In this document: piece by piece, positions 62,345 through 64,000 of the stretch
Layout of the letters: every line of letters begins with the position of its first letter
How positions within the stretch are numbered: position 1 is the stretch's first letter
Source: Chiloscyllium plagiosum
Taxonomy: Eukaryota
Direction: 5' to 3'
Assembly (NCBI RefSeq): GCF_004010195.1
Contig: NC_057754.1
Coordinates: 5,381,781 to 5,445,780, forward strand
DNA length: 64,000 bases
Notes under the pieces: generated by a model
What the model was told of the DNA's origin: nothing
Seen by the model: only the letters and a program-made list of their open reading frames with translations
Databases searched by the model: none
Made by a program: the position numbers and the translations under genes

Positions 62345-64000
62345 CTGTTAGAACATACAACATACAGCATTACAACGCAGTACAGGCACTTCGGCCCTCG
62401 ATGCTGTGCCGACCTGTGAAACCGAGCTGAAGCCTACACTATTCCATTATCATCCATATGTTTATCCAATGACTGCAGTGCGTTCCACACCCCTACAAGT
62501 CTCTGAATAAAGAATCTATCTTTGACATCTGTTCTATTATCTATCAGCCCTCAGTTTAAAACTATGTCCCCTCGTGCTAGCCATCACCATCTGAGGGAAA
62601 AGGCTCTCATTGATAAACCATAAATAATCCTCTCATCATCTTGTATGTCTCTATTAAGTCACCTCTCAACCTTCTTCTCTAACAAAAACAGCCTCAAGTC
62701 CCTCAGCCTTTCCTCATAAGATCCTCCCTCCATACCAGGCAACATCCTGCTAAATCTCCTCTGCACCCTTTCCAAAGCTTCCACATCCTTCCTATAATGC
62801 AGCGACCAGAACTTTACGCAGTACTCCAAGTGCGGCCGCACCAGGGTTTTTTGCAGTTGCCACATGACCTCACGGCTCTGAAACTCAATCCCCCTACCAA
62901 TAAAAGCTGACATAACTGTATGCCTTCTTAACAACCCTACCAATCTGGGTGGCAACTTTCAGAGATCTTTCTGCTAATCCACACTACTAAGAATCTTACT
63001 ATTAGCCCAGTACTCTGCATTCCTGTTATTCCTTCCAAAGTGAATCACTTCACACTTTTCCACATTAAACTCCAGCCCAGCTCTGCAGCTTATCTATGCT
63101 CCTCTGTAACCTACAACATCCTTCCACACTGTCCACAACTCCATCGGCTTTAGTGTCATCCAAAATTTACTAACCCATCCTTTTACACCCTCATCCAGGT
63201 CATTTATAAAAATGAAAAACAGCAGTGTCCCCAAAACAGATCCTTGCAGTACACCACTAGTAACTGAACTCCAGGATGAACATTTCCCATCAACCACCAT
63301 CCTCTGTCTTCTTTGAGCTCGCCAATTTCTGATCCAAATCGCTCTATCACCTTCAAGCCCAAACCTCTGTATTTTCTGCAACACCTTACTGAAATCCATA
63401 TACACCACATCAACCACTTTACCCTCATCCACCTGTTTGGTCACCTTCTCAAAGAATCTCAAAGGTTTCACCTTCACAAAACCATGTTGACTATCCCTAA
63501 TCAAATGATTCCTGTCTAGATGATTATAAATCCCATCTCTTATAATCCTTTTCAACACCTTACCCACAACCGGAGTAAGGCTCCCTGGTCTATAATTACC
63601 AGGGCTGTCTCTACTCCCCTTCTTGAACAAGGAGACAACATTTGCTACCCTCCAGTCTTCTGGCACTATTCCTGTAGACAATGACGACATAAAGATCAAA
63701 GCCAAGTGCTCTGCAATCTACTCCCTAGCTTCCCAGAGAATCCTAGGATAAATCCCATCTGGCCCAGGGGACTTATCTATTTTCACACTTTCCAGAACTA
63801 CTAACTCCTCCTCGTTATGAACCTCAATCCTGACTCGTCCAGTAGCCTGTTTCTCAGTATTCTCCTTTGCAACATTGTCTTTTCTCTCTGTGAATACTGA
63901 CAAAAAATATTCATTTAGCTCCTCTCCTATGTCTTCGAACTCCACGCACAACTTTCCATTACTGTCCTTGACAGGCCCTAATCTTACTCTAGTCATTCTT
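62345..64000 (-). mobile_element. CR1 LINE ORF2 (RT) fragment running off the window
   Basis: [36 protein letters not shown] and LVRPHLEY motifs. Confidence 0.9.

Overview
Vertebrate genomic DNA, inferred to be from a shark or ray because HE1/V-SINE-like SINEs and CR1 (HER1-like) LINEs dominate. The window holds one complete 10-exon SLC22 organic anion transporter gene (OAT/SLC22A6-like, + strand, CDS 1952-36011, 1692 nt, 563 aa, all introns GT-AG with consistent phases). It also holds exons 1-2 of a tandem paralog starting at 48207. The paralogs share a ~310-bp upstream block with HNF1-like sites and a 16-codon uORF, plus a 259-bp 100%-identical tract coding the extracellular loop next to a strongly diverged TM1, which looks like gene conversion. 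Introns and intergenic DNA are mostly transposon debris (CR1, Rex1/Babar, RTE, Tx1-like LINEs, SINEs, TA-flanked MITEs), with a 1.9-kb 23-bp minisatellite and a 697-N gap. The most striking non-genic signal is about 12 copies of a short element carrying a minimal hammerhead ribozyme core (CUGAnGA-a-stem II-GAAA-C-GUC). These are often inserted as palindromes of up to 200 bp flanked by 10-15-bp target-site duplications, consistent with non-autonomous Penelope-like retroelements. Repeat family names come from remembered motifs, not database searches, and repeat boundaries are approximate.
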